Source of the DNA: a virus
Taxonomy: Duplodnaviria > Caudoviricetes
IMG/VR virus record: IMGVR_UViG_3300049173_000142
Span: 1 to 53,508 of that record
Reading direction: 5' to 3' (one strand)
Length of the DNA: 53,508 bases
The position numbers were made by a program, and so were the translations under genes. Each line of letters starts with the position of its first letter. Position 1 is the stretch's first letter. Positions 35,833-44,614 of this stretch are shown here, piece after piece. The notes under the pieces were generated by a model. The model did not search any database and was not told the DNA's origin. It saw only the letters and a list, made by a program, of their open reading frames with translations.

Positions 35833-37434
35833 TCACAAAGCTAAAGATTGCTGACCTGTACTAAGCTTTGTATTAATCCTAGTTGGCATATGGAATTCCC
35901 GCTTTCGGCCCAAAACATCTTCCGTAGTTAAAAACTGTATGCGCGGATACTGTATACCACCGTACTCGTAAGTTCCTGCTTCCGCCGCCTCCGACATCAT
36001 AGCTTTGGTCGGCGGTGTGATGCTCAAAAAGCCAGCCATCTCAGCAGTTTGTTCTCGCTCTAGGACGCCCCGAAGGTCACGAATATCCGTTGGTCGTACG
36101 TGCTTGCCGCCCTTGACTTGAATCATCATTTCTCGAAGGCCATCTCTGGTCTCAAAATAGATCCGACCGTCGATTCCTCTGTCAGCGCTCTTACGCTGCA
36201 TTGGGAATCCTCCAACCCGCTCTACAAACCAATTTTGGAAAGTTGAAGGGTCCTTGTTGAATAGTTCCTGTGCACCATCCACGCTCGTGGGAATGCCATC
36301 TACCGCGTAGTCGTGGCTCTCTACTAGACGATATTTTTCAACTAACACTTCTCGCACCAACTTGACCGACAATATGGCAATATCACAGCCAATCCATTTT
36401 CGTTCAGTCTCCTGCGCAGCGTAGATCGTAGTCCCACACCCACAGAAAGGATCAAAAACAATATCTCCCTTGTTACTTGAGGCGAGCACGATTCGCTTCA
36501 ACAGGGCTATAGGCTTCTGGGTCGGATATCCAAGACGCTCCTTGGCCTGAGGATTCACGGGCGGGATATCGCTCCAAATATTCTGTAGGGGAACACCTTT
36601 CATCTTGTCTGCATACTGAACTAGAGTAGGAGTCCCGGTTCTCGTATATCTGAGCAAACCTTGAGCCTCGTAACTCTCCATCGTTTCTTGCTTTACAGCC
36701 CAAGTCCGCGATGGCGCAGGCAACTTCCCTTTCCAATCGTACAGCAAACTTGGACTCCCGTCGCCGTGGCGGGGCGCGTCTAGTGGTACCGTCCTAAACC
36801 AACGGTCGTTCTCATCTTTCTTGAAATGGCTTTCGTAATATTCTTCACGATAGGGAGTATGCTGCGTATTCCAAGTAAACTTATTGCTGGCAGTGTAAAA
36901 AAGTAACGTATCTGAAATACGTCCGTAGCCTCTAGCATCGTTGTGCGCATTCGCGCGTTTCCAGATAATCTCGTTGCGAAAATTATTGTGGCCAAATATT
37001 CCGTCCATCATAACTTTGATGTAGTGGCTCGCTGTCGGATCGCAATGCAAATAGATCGATCCTGTTGGCCGCAAGATGCTCTTCATATGGAGCAATCGTT
37101 GGACCATAAAGATTAGATAAGCGAGGAGATGGGGCTGCGACGTCCGAAGCGCTTGCATCCATAATTTCCAGAAATCGACGTAATAATCGTCAACGCCATG
37201 TTCGCGCATAAGAAGTGGCATAGAACGAGCGATCTGCTCTTTTTGCGCATCCATTTCCCACGTGTCGCAGAATGCTTCAACCTGTTCTGGAACAGGCTTA
37301 CCGGTCATCGTTTTGTAAAGAAGGTTATAGTTCTGTTTTGAATTAAATGGAGGATCTAGATAAATCAAATCTACGGAATGCTTGCCCATCGCCTGCATAA
37401 TCGTCAGGTTGTCACCGTACCAAAGTTTGTTCAT
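35833..37434 (-). CDS. DNA N6-adenine/N4-cytosine methyltransferase fused to a C-terminal Mrr-like PD-(D/E)xK domain
   Basis: IYLDPPFNS, GYPTQKP, DPFCGCGTT; C-terminal DRGIDGR..IQVKGG..IRDLRG; lower GC. Confidence 0.88.
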   Translation of the reverse strand: MNKLWYGDNLTIMQAMGKHSVDLIYLDPPFNSKQNYNLLYKTMTGKPVPEQVEAFCDTWEMDAQKEQIARSMPLLMREHGVDDYYVDFWKLWMQALRTSQPHLLAYLIFMVQRLLHMKSILRPTGSIYLHCDPTASHYIKVMMDGIFGHNNFRNEIIWKRANAHNDARGYGRISDTLLFYTASNKFTWNTQHTPYREEYYESHFKKDENDRWFRTVPLDAPRHGDGSPSLLYDWKGKLPAPSRTWAVKQETMESYEAQGLLRYTRTGTPTLVQYADKMKGVPLQNIWSDIPPVNPQAKERLGYPTQKPIALLKRIVLASSNKGDIVFDPFCGCGTTIYAAQETERKWIGCDIAILSVKLVREVLVEKYRLVESHDYAVDGIPTSVDGAQELFNKDPSTFQNWFVERVGGFPMQRKSADRGIDGRIYFETRDGLREMMIQVKGGKHVRPTDIRDLRGVLEREQTAEMAGFLSITPPTKAMMSEAAEAGTYEYGGIQYPRIQFLTTEDVLGRKREFHMPTRINTKLSTGQQSLAL

Positions 37435-37544
37435 AGAATCCCCCAAATGACCGCCGCAAATTTGCAGAGCCGACGAGCGCCGTCAACATTATAGTGTAAC
37501 GTATCTGGCTAAGATGGGACTATCCTAAAAAGGCTAGCGAAGGC

Positions 37545-37663
37545 GTTGACAAATCGCAAACCGAATTTCACATTTCATATTGACTTGCTATGCGAGCAAC
37601 GACGGGTTCACGCGAAGCCCTTCAAGCAAACTTTCGCGCCCATACTGTTGACGTTATGTCAAC
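37545..37663 (+). promoter_or_regulatory. Promoter region with two 17-bp operators
   Basis: GTTGACAAATCGCAAAC 37545-37561 (contains TTGACA) and GTTGACGTTATGTCAAC 37647-37663 abutting the RBS of 37676. Confidence 0.7.
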
Positions 37664-37675
37664 AAAGGATCAAAA

Positions 37676-38014
37676 ATGTTGAAACGAAGTTTGCTTATTC
37701 AAAGCGTACTATTCGCCGCGTTCGCCGTGTTGGGCTCTATGATGCCCGCGAATGCCACTATGCCGCCCTCTTCCGGCCTCGGCTATGGGCTGACTGTAAA
37801 GGCGGACACAATGACGCCTTGGCTTCTTACGAGCTTGGTCGTCACCACTCCAACGGCCGTTGCGCCGTCGCCCTTCCCGGCCGGGCTTACCCGCGTCCGG
37901 GACACCCATGCGGACCGAAGTCGAACAGCCTGGGCGAACCGTAAAGTTCTTCAAATCAGCTTTACCCATTTCCGCACGCTGAAACCCGATATCCCGAAAC
38001 GATCAATCAAATAA
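37676..38014 (+). CDS. Hypothetical exported protein
   Basis: AAGGA RBS; signal-peptide-like MLKRSLLIQSVLFAAFAVLG..ANA. Confidence 0.55.
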   Translation: MLKRSLLIQSVLFAAFAVLGSMMPANATMPPSSGLGYGLTVKADTMTPWLLTSLVVTTPTAVAPSPFPAGLTRVRDTHADRSRTAWANRKVLQISFTHFRTLKPDIPKRSIK

Positions 38015-38077
38015 CAAACCGGGAAAAAACAATCGGTCGGCGACTGTCATGCAGTCGCCGAATTCTTTGGAAGCACA

Positions 38078-38365
38078 ATGACACCTGAGACAAACAAGCC
38101 TGCAAGCTATCTGCTCGCACCAAGCGCCGTCGCCGCCGACAATACCGCCCGCATCGATTGGGGATGGACCCGCCATCAGTTGAGCGACGGCCGACCCTAT
38201 TGGATCAATGACGATGGCGACCATGTTTACCCGCTCACGGATCCGCACCGGCTGATGACGCTACGCCGTGGAAGCCGGATCTATCGCGGCCATGGCTACT
38301 GGAACATGCCGGATATCGACACCGCCTTAGATCTCGCCCGCGCCCGCGAAATCATCATCAAGTAA
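38078..38365 (+). CDS. Hypothetical protein
   Basis: GGAAG RBS; 95 aa; in the plus-strand run. Confidence 0.55.
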   Translation: MTPETNKPASYLLAPSAVAADNTARIDWGWTRHQLSDGRPYWINDDGDHVYPLTDPHRLMTLRRGSRIYRGHGYWNMPDIDTALDLARAREIIIK

Positions 38366-38375
38366 AAATCAAATC

Positions 38376-38543
38376 ATGACTTCTATGGAAGAGTTGCAAG
38401 ACCAGCTGGACGATGCGAAGCACCGCTACGAATGCGCCGGATACATCGATAGTTTTCAGCGCATGCAGTCGGAGCAAGCACGCTACGCCGACAAGATAAG
38501 ACGCATCGAGGCGGAAATGAAAGAACGTCGGGACGCCGCTTAG
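38376..38543 (+). CDS. Small coiled-coil hypothetical protein (55 aa)
   Basis: MTSMEELQDQLDDAKHRYECAG...ERRDAA; fills the gap between 38365 and the convergent gene; not in the ORF track. Confidence 0.5.
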   Translation: MTSMEELQDQLDDAKHRYECAGYIDSFQRMQSEQARYADKIRRIEAEMKERRDAA

Positions 38544-38797
38544 CGACCGCCGCCGAGGTGCCCCGGATAGCCTCCGCTTTCACCATAATACGGCGTCAAT
38601 GTCAGTCCAATATTCTTGGAACCGCATTTGCCGCATTTAAGATGCGGGACAAGGTCTTTGTGCAAAGTGCCGTGGTCGCGCCCTAGCTTTTCCGCCAGCT
38701 TCGGCAAATCCAGCTTTGCCGCGTGACCGCAACGGCGTTCTTTACAATGCGCCTCAATAGTTTCCCGGCGTTCGATAGATTCGCCCAGGGTCGTCAT
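38540..38797 (-). CDS. Zn-ribbon protein
   Basis: HCKERRCGH..LDL..L..KLG.DH..LKCGKCGSK. Confidence 0.7.
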   Translation of the reverse strand: MTTLGESIERRETIEAHCKERRCGHAAKLDLPKLAEKLGRDHGTLHKDLVPHLKCGKCGSKNIGLTLTPYYGESGGYPGHLGGGR

Positions 38798-38800
38798 TTC

Positions 38801-39085
38801 TTACCACTCCGCGACGTCGACTCCATCATCCGGGCGGAAGGTGACACGGTACTGAAATTTGTCAAACACGCCTTCCCTATCGGTCGGCCCGCACCAAATT
38901 TGAATAACGTCACCTTGAGCCGATGCAGGCTTTTTCAACGCCAGTTTCGCAATCGGACAATTGAAACCTTTAGCCTGAATTTTCGCTGTGATGGCGACGA
39001 CCATGCTTTTATCCATGGCGATTTCTTCCCCGAACGCGGACGACGACAACGCCACAAGAGCCAGCGCCAAGATAGTCTTTTTCAT
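38801..39085 (-). CDS. Small secreted protein
   Basis: MKKTILALALVALSSSAFG signal peptide; GGAGG RBS; two Cys. Confidence 0.65.
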   Translation of the reverse strand: MKKTILALALVALSSSAFGEEIAMDKSMVVAITAKIQAKGFNCPIAKLALKKPASAQGDVIQIWCGPTDREGVFDKFQYRVTFRPDDGVDVAEW

Positions 39086-39357
39086 TATGTCCGCCTCCAT
39101 TCCGGGTCGTCGCTTTCCGTGAACGGAGAGCGCATGCAGTAAAGTCTTGTGTTTTCGCCGTGCTTCGGAATCGTGTCGTCGGCTTCATTTGCCGGTATCG
39201 CTTCATAGAACACTTCAACGACGGTCATTGTATCGAGACCGACGCCGGACGATGGTAGCAGGAACTTTTCGCCGACACGTGGAAGAGTGGAAAAGGCAAA
39301 TGAGCCGACAAGTGTAACGCCCTTCGTATCTTCGTAAACGTTCGCAAAAATGGTCAT
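39085..39357 (-). CDS. Hypothetical protein
   Basis: AAGGA RBS; LPRVGE motif; coupled to the next gene. Confidence 0.6.
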   Translation of the reverse strand: MTIFANVYEDTKGVTLVGSFAFSTLPRVGEKFLLPSSGVGLDTMTVVEVFYEAIPANEADDTIPKHGENTRLYCMRSPFTESDDPEWRRT

Positions 39358-39420
39358 GCCTGATCCTTTCCAGCAACGAGTAGCATCTTACGAAAATTTT
39401 TCAATTTGATCTTTTTCCGC

Positions 39421-39449
39421 TTGCGCAATATGGTTTCTGTAGTTACATT
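39421..39449 (+). promoter_or_regulatory. brnTA promoter with autoregulatory palindrome
   Basis: TTGCGC-N17-TACATT; TGTAGTTACA at 39438-39447; ATG 7 nt downstream with no SD (leaderless-like). Confidence 0.6.
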
Positions 39450-39456
39450 AACCTCC

Positions 39457-39723
39457 ATGGAAACAACATATTTCACATGGGACGAAAACAAGCGGGCGCG
39501 CAACTTCGCGAAGCACGGCTTGGATTTCGCCGACGTTGTAAATCTCGATTGGGAAACCGCCGTCATCACACTATCGCCGAAAGGCGACCAGCGCCGCTTC
39601 AAGGCCGTTGGCTATTATCGCGATGGCACCGCCGTCGTAGTTTTCGCAACGCTTGGAACCGAAGCCGTTTCTATCATCAGTTTTCGCCCCGCCCGCGCGG
39701 ACGAAAGGAAGGTAATCAAATGA
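39457..39723 (+). CDS. brnT: BrnT-family ribonuclease toxin
   Basis: FTWDENKRARNFAKHGLDF..RFKAVG..VVF..IISFRPA..ER. Confidence 0.92.
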   Translation: METTYFTWDENKRARNFAKHGLDFADVVNLDWETAVITLSPKGDQRRFKAVGYYRDGTAVVVFATLGTEAVSIISFRPARADERKVIK

Positions 39724-40208
39724 CGAACCCTAAAATGCGAATTGGCGGTAACCGGTCAAATGTTGAGAAGGTCGCAAAGACCGGCCGCACTCCAAAGGAC
39801 GCGAAGACAATTGCCGGGTCGGTGCTAACACAAACCGTTGTGAAGCACCCGAAGGGTGGCGACGGTGACGCTCCTCGCAAACGATATTACACAAGCTTGG
39901 AAATGGAGATCCGGCGACAAACTACAGAAGCGATTGCCCGTAATGAAGCCGCCCAGGATGATGACGACGACGCACCGCTGACACCGGAAGAGTTAGCAAA
40001 CATGCGTCCGGCGCGTGAAGTCTTGCCGCCATCCTTCTTTAAGGCGGTCGAACGCGAGCGTAACCTGGGCGGCCGTCCCCGGCTTGAGCGGCCCAAGAAG
40101 CAAATCACGCTTAGGCTCGATCAAGACGTAATCGACAAGTACAAAGCCACCGGCGACGGCTGGCAGAGTAGAATGAACGAAGCTTTGAGGAAGGGCGCGG
40201 GAATCTAA
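39720..40208 (+). CDS. brnA: BrnA-family antitoxin with N-terminal extension
   Basis: GGRP..PKKQITLRLDQDVIDKYKATGDGWQSRMNEALR; ATGA overlap with brnT. Confidence 0.9.
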   Translation: MTNPKMRIGGNRSNVEKVAKTGRTPKDAKTIAGSVLTQTVVKHPKGGDGDAPRKRYYTSLEMEIRRQTTEAIARNEAAQDDDDDAPLTPEELANMRPAREVLPPSFFKAVERERNLGGRPRLERPKKQITLRLDQDVIDKYKATGDGWQSRMNEALRKGAGI

Positions 40209-40210
40209 GA

Positions 40211-40241
40211 CGCCGCCAGCGTGGGAGGTTCGCTGGCGGCG
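40211..40241. terminator. 11-bp GC hairpin between convergent transcripts
   Basis: CGCCGCCAGCG-tgggaggtt-CGCTGGCGGCG; U-tracts are weak. Confidence 0.5.
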
Positions 40242-40264
40242 GTTCCCAGTCGTCTAAGAATTGA

Positions 40265-40422
40265 GCCCGTACCAATACACCGGCCTAACAGTGTCGTCCC
40301 GTGGGACTGGCGACCCGCGCACCACGCTATGCGTGTCCGGGACGGGAAAGCCGCCGGGCCGGTCCAACTCCCGCAAGTTGGACAAGGCCGGGCGTTCGGC
40401 GCACCTATTGCCCCTATCGGGC
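40265..40422 (-). ncRNA. Candidate structured RNA immediately 3' of the tRNA
   Basis: Nested complementary segments (40265-9/40418-22, 40273-7/40406-10, 40280-6/40385-91) enclose internal stems; no credible CDS. Confidence 0.45.
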
Positions 40423-40426
40423 GAAC

Positions 40427-40503
40427 TGGTTGCGGGAACCGGATTTGAACCGGTGCCCTTTCGGGTATGAACCGAACGCGCTACCAAACTGCGCCATCCC
40501 GCG
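40427..40503 (-). tRNA. tRNA-Met(CAT), initiator-like (C1:A72) with atypical D and anticodon arms; CCA encoded
   Basis: CGCGGGA TG GCGC AGTTTGGTA GCGC G TTCGG TTCATAC CCGAA AGGGC ACCGG TTCAAAT CCGGT TCCCGCA ACCA folds as a full cloverleaf. Confidence 0.95.
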
Positions 40504-40509
40504 ATTACG

Positions 40510-40539
40510 TATTTGCAAAAACGTTTGCATTTTGTCAAC
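40510..40539 (-). promoter_or_regulatory. tRNA promoter overlapped by a 17-bp operator
   Basis: Minus strand TTGACA-N17-CAAATA; operator GTTGACAAAATGCAAAC 40523-40539. Confidence 0.65.
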
Positions 40540-40541
40540 AC

Positions 40542-43358
40542 TCATTCGTCGTCTTCGCCGGGCGTCCTTTCCTTCAATACCGCGTTGATTGGGACCGCGA
40601 CGTATGGGCTATTCACACCGGCGCAAAAGTACCTGTTCTTCTCACTGGGCATAGCACCGGGGATCGCCGCCAAGATGCTACGATAGCGTGTCCCGCTCCA
40701 TTCCGTGCCCTTTAGAACGCTCTTGCGGAAGCTTTCATGCGACGATGTAATTTCGACGTAGAGTTGATCCGAACTGTGACTTATCCTAATGCCGATACGG
40801 GCAAGCGACGCGGCGGCCGACAGCTTCTTTTTGTTGTCTACGCGGTCAACGCCTTCGGTAATCCGGTCGTCGGCATAGGCGGCGAGTTCGATAAGTTCAC
40901 CTATCGTCCGTTCCCATGTCCCGCCTTCTGGCGTACTGTGGCGGACCAGATAGCCGGTGACGTGCTGCATGAACCGTTCGTTGTCCTTGGTCGCATTCTT
41001 CGCGCTATGGTCGGCCCAATCGTTTTTGCGGATCCACGCCAGTGCATCGGCAACAGAGACTTCTTTCGCGGAATTCAACAGATACGCACCGGCTAGAAGC
41101 GGTCCAAGCTGGTCGCCCAGGCGTTGCGATTCAAGGTGGATCGCCGCCGCTTCCGTGAATGACCGGACACAACTGCGAAGCGCCGGAAGTAGCAAAATCG
41201 TCCGGGCAAGAAGCCGCTGGGCAAACGTCGGCGTCAACAACGAAACGATGTTCAATAACAATGCTTCGTAGTGCTGTTTGTTTTCGGGCGATTTCTTGTC
41301 GCCTTCCGGGGCCTGCAACATCAGCTGAGTAAAACGGGTTTCGTCGGCGTAACCTTCGATTTGGGTATTGATGGAAGCGAAGACGAACATCGAACGGGCG
41401 CGATAGCCTTTGGTCCCTTGGTTCGACGTACCTTTCAATATGAGACCATCGGACTCCGAAGCGGCGACGCGGGCAAGATCAAGAATGGACTTGATACGGG
41501 CTTTGCTTTCGAAGTCGCGCGGCTCCGCTTCATCGAAGATAATCGGAAGCGCGTCCATGCCGAGGGCACCACGGATACCGGCTTCGGTCGTGTTGCCAAC
41601 AACGGAATGCGCGACTTCGCCGATACAGACTTTCACGATCTTATCCATCACGGTCGATTTGCCGGAACCGGCTTCGCCACTGATCCACATATGCGGCCGC
41701 CAGTTGAGGAAGCCGCACACCGGCGCGATAACGCACCATCCCGCCAGTAGATAGCCGGAAAGCGGGCTTTGCCAGCGTAGCGACTTGCATAGGTCAAGAA
41801 ACCGACGGGCGTCCACGGTCGATAGTGGCGCTTCCAGCCCTATAGGTATCGACTGCCCTTCATCGTAGACGTACCGGCTTTTATGCTCCGATATCGGCAC
41901 CCGTTTCGATGCGACAATAAGATGGTCGCCGGAATGGAAAATCGGTGTTTCGCCTTCAAACCAAGCGCCGCGACCACGCAAAGTCTTGTGCGGCACAAAC
42001 TTGCGTTTCAGCTTGCAAGCCCTGATGCAGGCATTGACGGCGGCCCGCATGTTTACCCCGCCTTCTTTGCCGGTGCTTGGAAATTCCATTTCCCACCACT
42101 GCAGCGGCGCAAGCATCATCAAAGCTTCAAGTTTGTGCGACGATGCGTTGATGTTTAGGACTTGCGACACGTCGGACGGCTGATAAAAGCACGTCTGTCC
42201 GTCCACGCCCAGGCAACGGAAATGCGGTGAACCGAAGAATTCTAGCGGATGCTCACCGTCGTCGTCATCGCCTCCGAACGGGTCGCCTTCGCCGGGATCC
42301 GAAAATGGCAACTCTTCAATCGGCGGCGCGTTCCGCTCATCAACCATCGGCGGGTTTATGGCGTCCGCGATAGTGCGCCGAACAGCTTCAATCCCGGATA
42401 GCCTGTACAGGTCGTCAAAGTCGGTCGCGTCAACTTCTCTGTCTGGAAACGTCGGGACCGCCACAATCGCCTTGACGGCTTCGGCCGCCTCGCGGGCTTT
42501 GGTCAAGCCGGGATTTTCAACCGGCTTCGTCGTGAACCGGTCATTATCAGCAAGCAGGATCAACCGCGCATCTGGAAATTTCTTTCGGATATTGATCGCA
42601 ACTGATTTCAAGTTTCCGCTGTCGAACGCGACGTAGACGAGACACCCCGTCGCTTCATGGACGCGGGCACAAGTGGCGTACCCTTCGCCAATGAAGATAT
42701 CGCCGCCATTCGGCCGACCGATCGGATGATAATTGCCTTCTTTCGCGGTACCTTTGACGAAGCGCTTCACGCCGTCGGATTGGACTAGCTGGACGCCAAC
42801 CAAGACCGGCTTTTCGGCCGTCGGCTTATAGATCGGAACGACAAGGCAACCGGCGCGGGCGGTCTTGGCTTCGCCATCGATCTTGTATTTGAAATCTTCG
42901 AATAGCTGTTTAAGACCGGGGAAAATCGGCAATCCCTTTTTGGCGATATAGGCATGTTCGGGAACCGGCTTTCTCGCCGCCGCGAAGAGCCGCACCGATA
43001 CTTCGGCGGCCTCGGCGTTCAATGCTTTAAGTTCGGCCTCGCGCTCCCGCTTGTTCTGGTCGATACGCGCTGCGATGGTCGCCCGCTCTTCCTTCGATAG
43101 CGCTTTCAGGTCTTTCGTAACCGTCCAGGTGTCTTGCACACCGGATTTCAAGTCGCCGAACGCGCCGCTAGCGGGATGGTCGATATGCAGAACGTACCAG
43201 ACGTGCCGTTTGTTCTTTTGCCCCATCGCGTCGGCGCGATGCACCTTGCCGTCGGCGATGGGATGACCGCCCTTATTGCTTCCGGTGTCCATATTGACAC
43301 CGGCGGCCCGCATCGCGTTTAGAAAATCGTCTACAATCTTATCCGGTGAATCCGACAC
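40542..43358 (-). CDS. Primase-helicase (TOPRIM plus P-loop ATPase, P4 alpha/D5-like)
   Basis: IGEGYATC, VAFDSGNL, LADND, TDFDDL (TOPRIM); GEAGSGKST Walker A; IIFDEAE Walker B. Confidence 0.9.
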   Translation of the reverse strand: MSDSPDKIVDDFLNAMRAAGVNMDTGSNKGGHPIADGKVHRADAMGQKNKRHVWYVLHIDHPASGAFGDLKSGVQDTWTVTKDLKALSKEERATIAARIDQNKREREAELKALNAEAAEVSVRLFAAARKPVPEHAYIAKKGLPIFPGLKQLFEDFKYKIDGEAKTARAGCLVVPIYKPTAEKPVLVGVQLVQSDGVKRFVKGTAKEGNYHPIGRPNGGDIFIGEGYATCARVHEATGCLVYVAFDSGNLKSVAINIRKKFPDARLILLADNDRFTTKPVENPGLTKAREAAEAVKAIVAVPTFPDREVDATDFDDLYRLSGIEAVRRTIADAINPPMVDERNAPPIEELPFSDPGEGDPFGGDDDDGEHPLEFFGSPHFRCLGVDGQTCFYQPSDVSQVLNINASSHKLEALMMLAPLQWWEMEFPSTGKEGGVNMRAAVNACIRACKLKRKFVPHKTLRGRGAWFEGETPIFHSGDHLIVASKRVPISEHKSRYVYDEGQSIPIGLEAPLSTVDARRFLDLCKSLRWQSPLSGYLLAGWCVIAPVCGFLNWRPHMWISGEAGSGKSTVMDKIVKVCIGEVAHSVVGNTTEAGIRGALGMDALPIIFDEAEPRDFESKARIKSILDLARVAASESDGLILKGTSNQGTKGYRARSMFVFASINTQIEGYADETRFTQLMLQAPEGDKKSPENKQHYEALLLNIVSLLTPTFAQRLLARTILLLPALRSCVRSFTEAAAIHLESQRLGDQLGPLLAGAYLLNSAKEVSVADALAWIRKNDWADHSAKNATKDNERFMQHVTGYLVRHSTPEGGTWERTIGELIELAAYADDRITEGVDRVDNKKKLSAAASLARIGIRISHSSDQLYVEITSSHESFRKSVLKGTEWSGTRYRSILAAIPGAMPSEKNRYFCAGVNSPYVAVPINAVLKERTPGEDDE

Positions 43359-43361
43359 TGC

Positions 43362-43781
43362 TTAGCCTTTGAGGTATGCGGTTATAGCTTCAATCGCTTC
43401 GGCTTCACTTCGGACGACAACGCCGATTCCGCCGGTGGCAACGATATGGTTCACGAAATTCTTTTGGTCTTTGGTCGCCCGACCCTCTCCGTCTTTCACT
43501 TCCCATCCGGCGAAAACCGCGACTTGCTTGCCGACCATGGCGGGCGTGATGACAACGGGAACCATCCCGATAACATCGGACGACCCGACGCATAGCCCGG
43601 CTTGTATGGGATAGGCGTTCAAAACAACACGTTCGCCGCCATGCGCTCGGTAAACGTCGCCGGGCCGAAGAGCGAACGATTTTCCGGCCCACGCCTTCGC
43701 CGTTGTATTCCGGAAGACTGTCGCGCCAAATTCAGACAACGTCCGCGTAACGCGGTTCATCAATGCGGTGCCCGTACTCAT
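43362..43781 (-). CDS. VRR-NUC domain nuclease (Holliday junction resolvase-like)
   Basis: FRN..GSSDVIG..FAGWEVK..GRATKDQ.NF..GG..VVRS. Confidence 0.88.
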   Translation of the reverse strand: MSTGTALMNRVTRTLSEFGATVFRNTTAKAWAGKSFALRPGDVYRAHGGERVVLNAYPIQAGLCVGSSDVIGMVPVVITPAMVGKQVAVFAGWEVKDGEGRATKDQKNFVNHIVATGGIGVVVRSEAEAIEAITAYLKG

Positions 43782-44614
43782 AGCAAGGCCGCCTGAGTCA
43801 CCGGCGCGTCATCAGCCGGCTTCCACTTTTCATAGTCCGCTTCGATTTGCGCGAAGTTGATGGGATGCGCCGCACGAAGGTCTAAGGCGATGGAACCGCG
43901 CACGTATTTTCCGCGCTGTTCGGTCGGTTGCAACCATCGGAAGTCAAGCCATCGTTTCCGGTCGATTCTGATATGCTTGAAATCGGCTATGGTGACAAAT
44001 GCGCGTCGCTCAAGAATGACGCAAATTTTGATAGCCTTGATCTTCCATTCAGAAAGCTGCGACGGACCGGACGCCCCGGCGGCAACATCGGGCACGTAGT
44101 CGGGAACCTTGCACCGCTCAACCGGGCAATGGTCAACCCACGATTCCCGCCACTCATATTTTTGAACAACCGGAAGTTCCGGTTTGAAGGTCTGGTATTC
44201 CTGGGCGGCGTGCTTCCGATAATAAGCGCCGTATAGTTCAACCTTGCGTTCAATCTCTTGTTCGCCTTCGCCCGGTGCCCGACATTGGATAACGGTGACG
44301 CCGAGATAGTTGGCAAGGCACCGCATTTCCACGCCAGCGGTTCCATACGGCACTAGCGCGGCCCGGAAGTCCGGTGCGCCATATTCGGAACCGTGGCCGG
44401 AATACATGCCTTCGACAGCCTGCATCAAAACCTTAGCATTCAAGGTCATCTTTGCTTCGACGCCGATTTGTGCGCCATCGGATCCGCGAACTAATAGGAT
44501 ATCGAAACCAGCGGTTTCGGCGTAGGCGGTCCAGCCATCGGGAAGCGCGCCAATGAAGGCGGCGCACAACGCGGCTTCGTTTTCGAAAACCGATTTAACG
44601 GGCTTCTCTTTCAT
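43778..44614 (-). CDS. Hypothetical protein with PD-(D/E)xK-like motif
   Basis: YAETAGFDILLVR..QIGVEAK; start ATG 44614 overlaps the upstream stop. Confidence 0.6.
   Translation of the reverse strand: MKEKPVKSVFENEAALCAAFIGALPDGWTAYAETAGFDILLVRGSDGAQIGVEAKMTLNAKVLMQAVEGMYSGHGSEYGAPDFRAALVPYGTAGVEMRCLANYLGVTVIQCRAPGEGEQEIERKVELYGAYYRKHAAQEYQTFKPELPVVQKYEWRESWVDHCPVERCKVPDYVPDVAAGASGPSQLSEWKIKAIKICVILERRAFVTIADFKHIRIDRKRWLDFRWLQPTEQRGKYVRGSIALDLRAAHPINFAQIEADYEKWKPADDAPVTQAALL

Noticed and set aside
40427-40503. tRNA as the attP core
   Set aside because: It is a full-length, promoter-bearing gene 13 kb from int with arms divergent from typical tRNA-fMet; cannot be excluded without the host sequence
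40221-40588. ORFs 40254-40541 (-), 40221-40448, 40261-40470 and 40301-40588 (+)
   Set aside because: They run through the tRNA or start at its -35 box; no RBS or protein motifs
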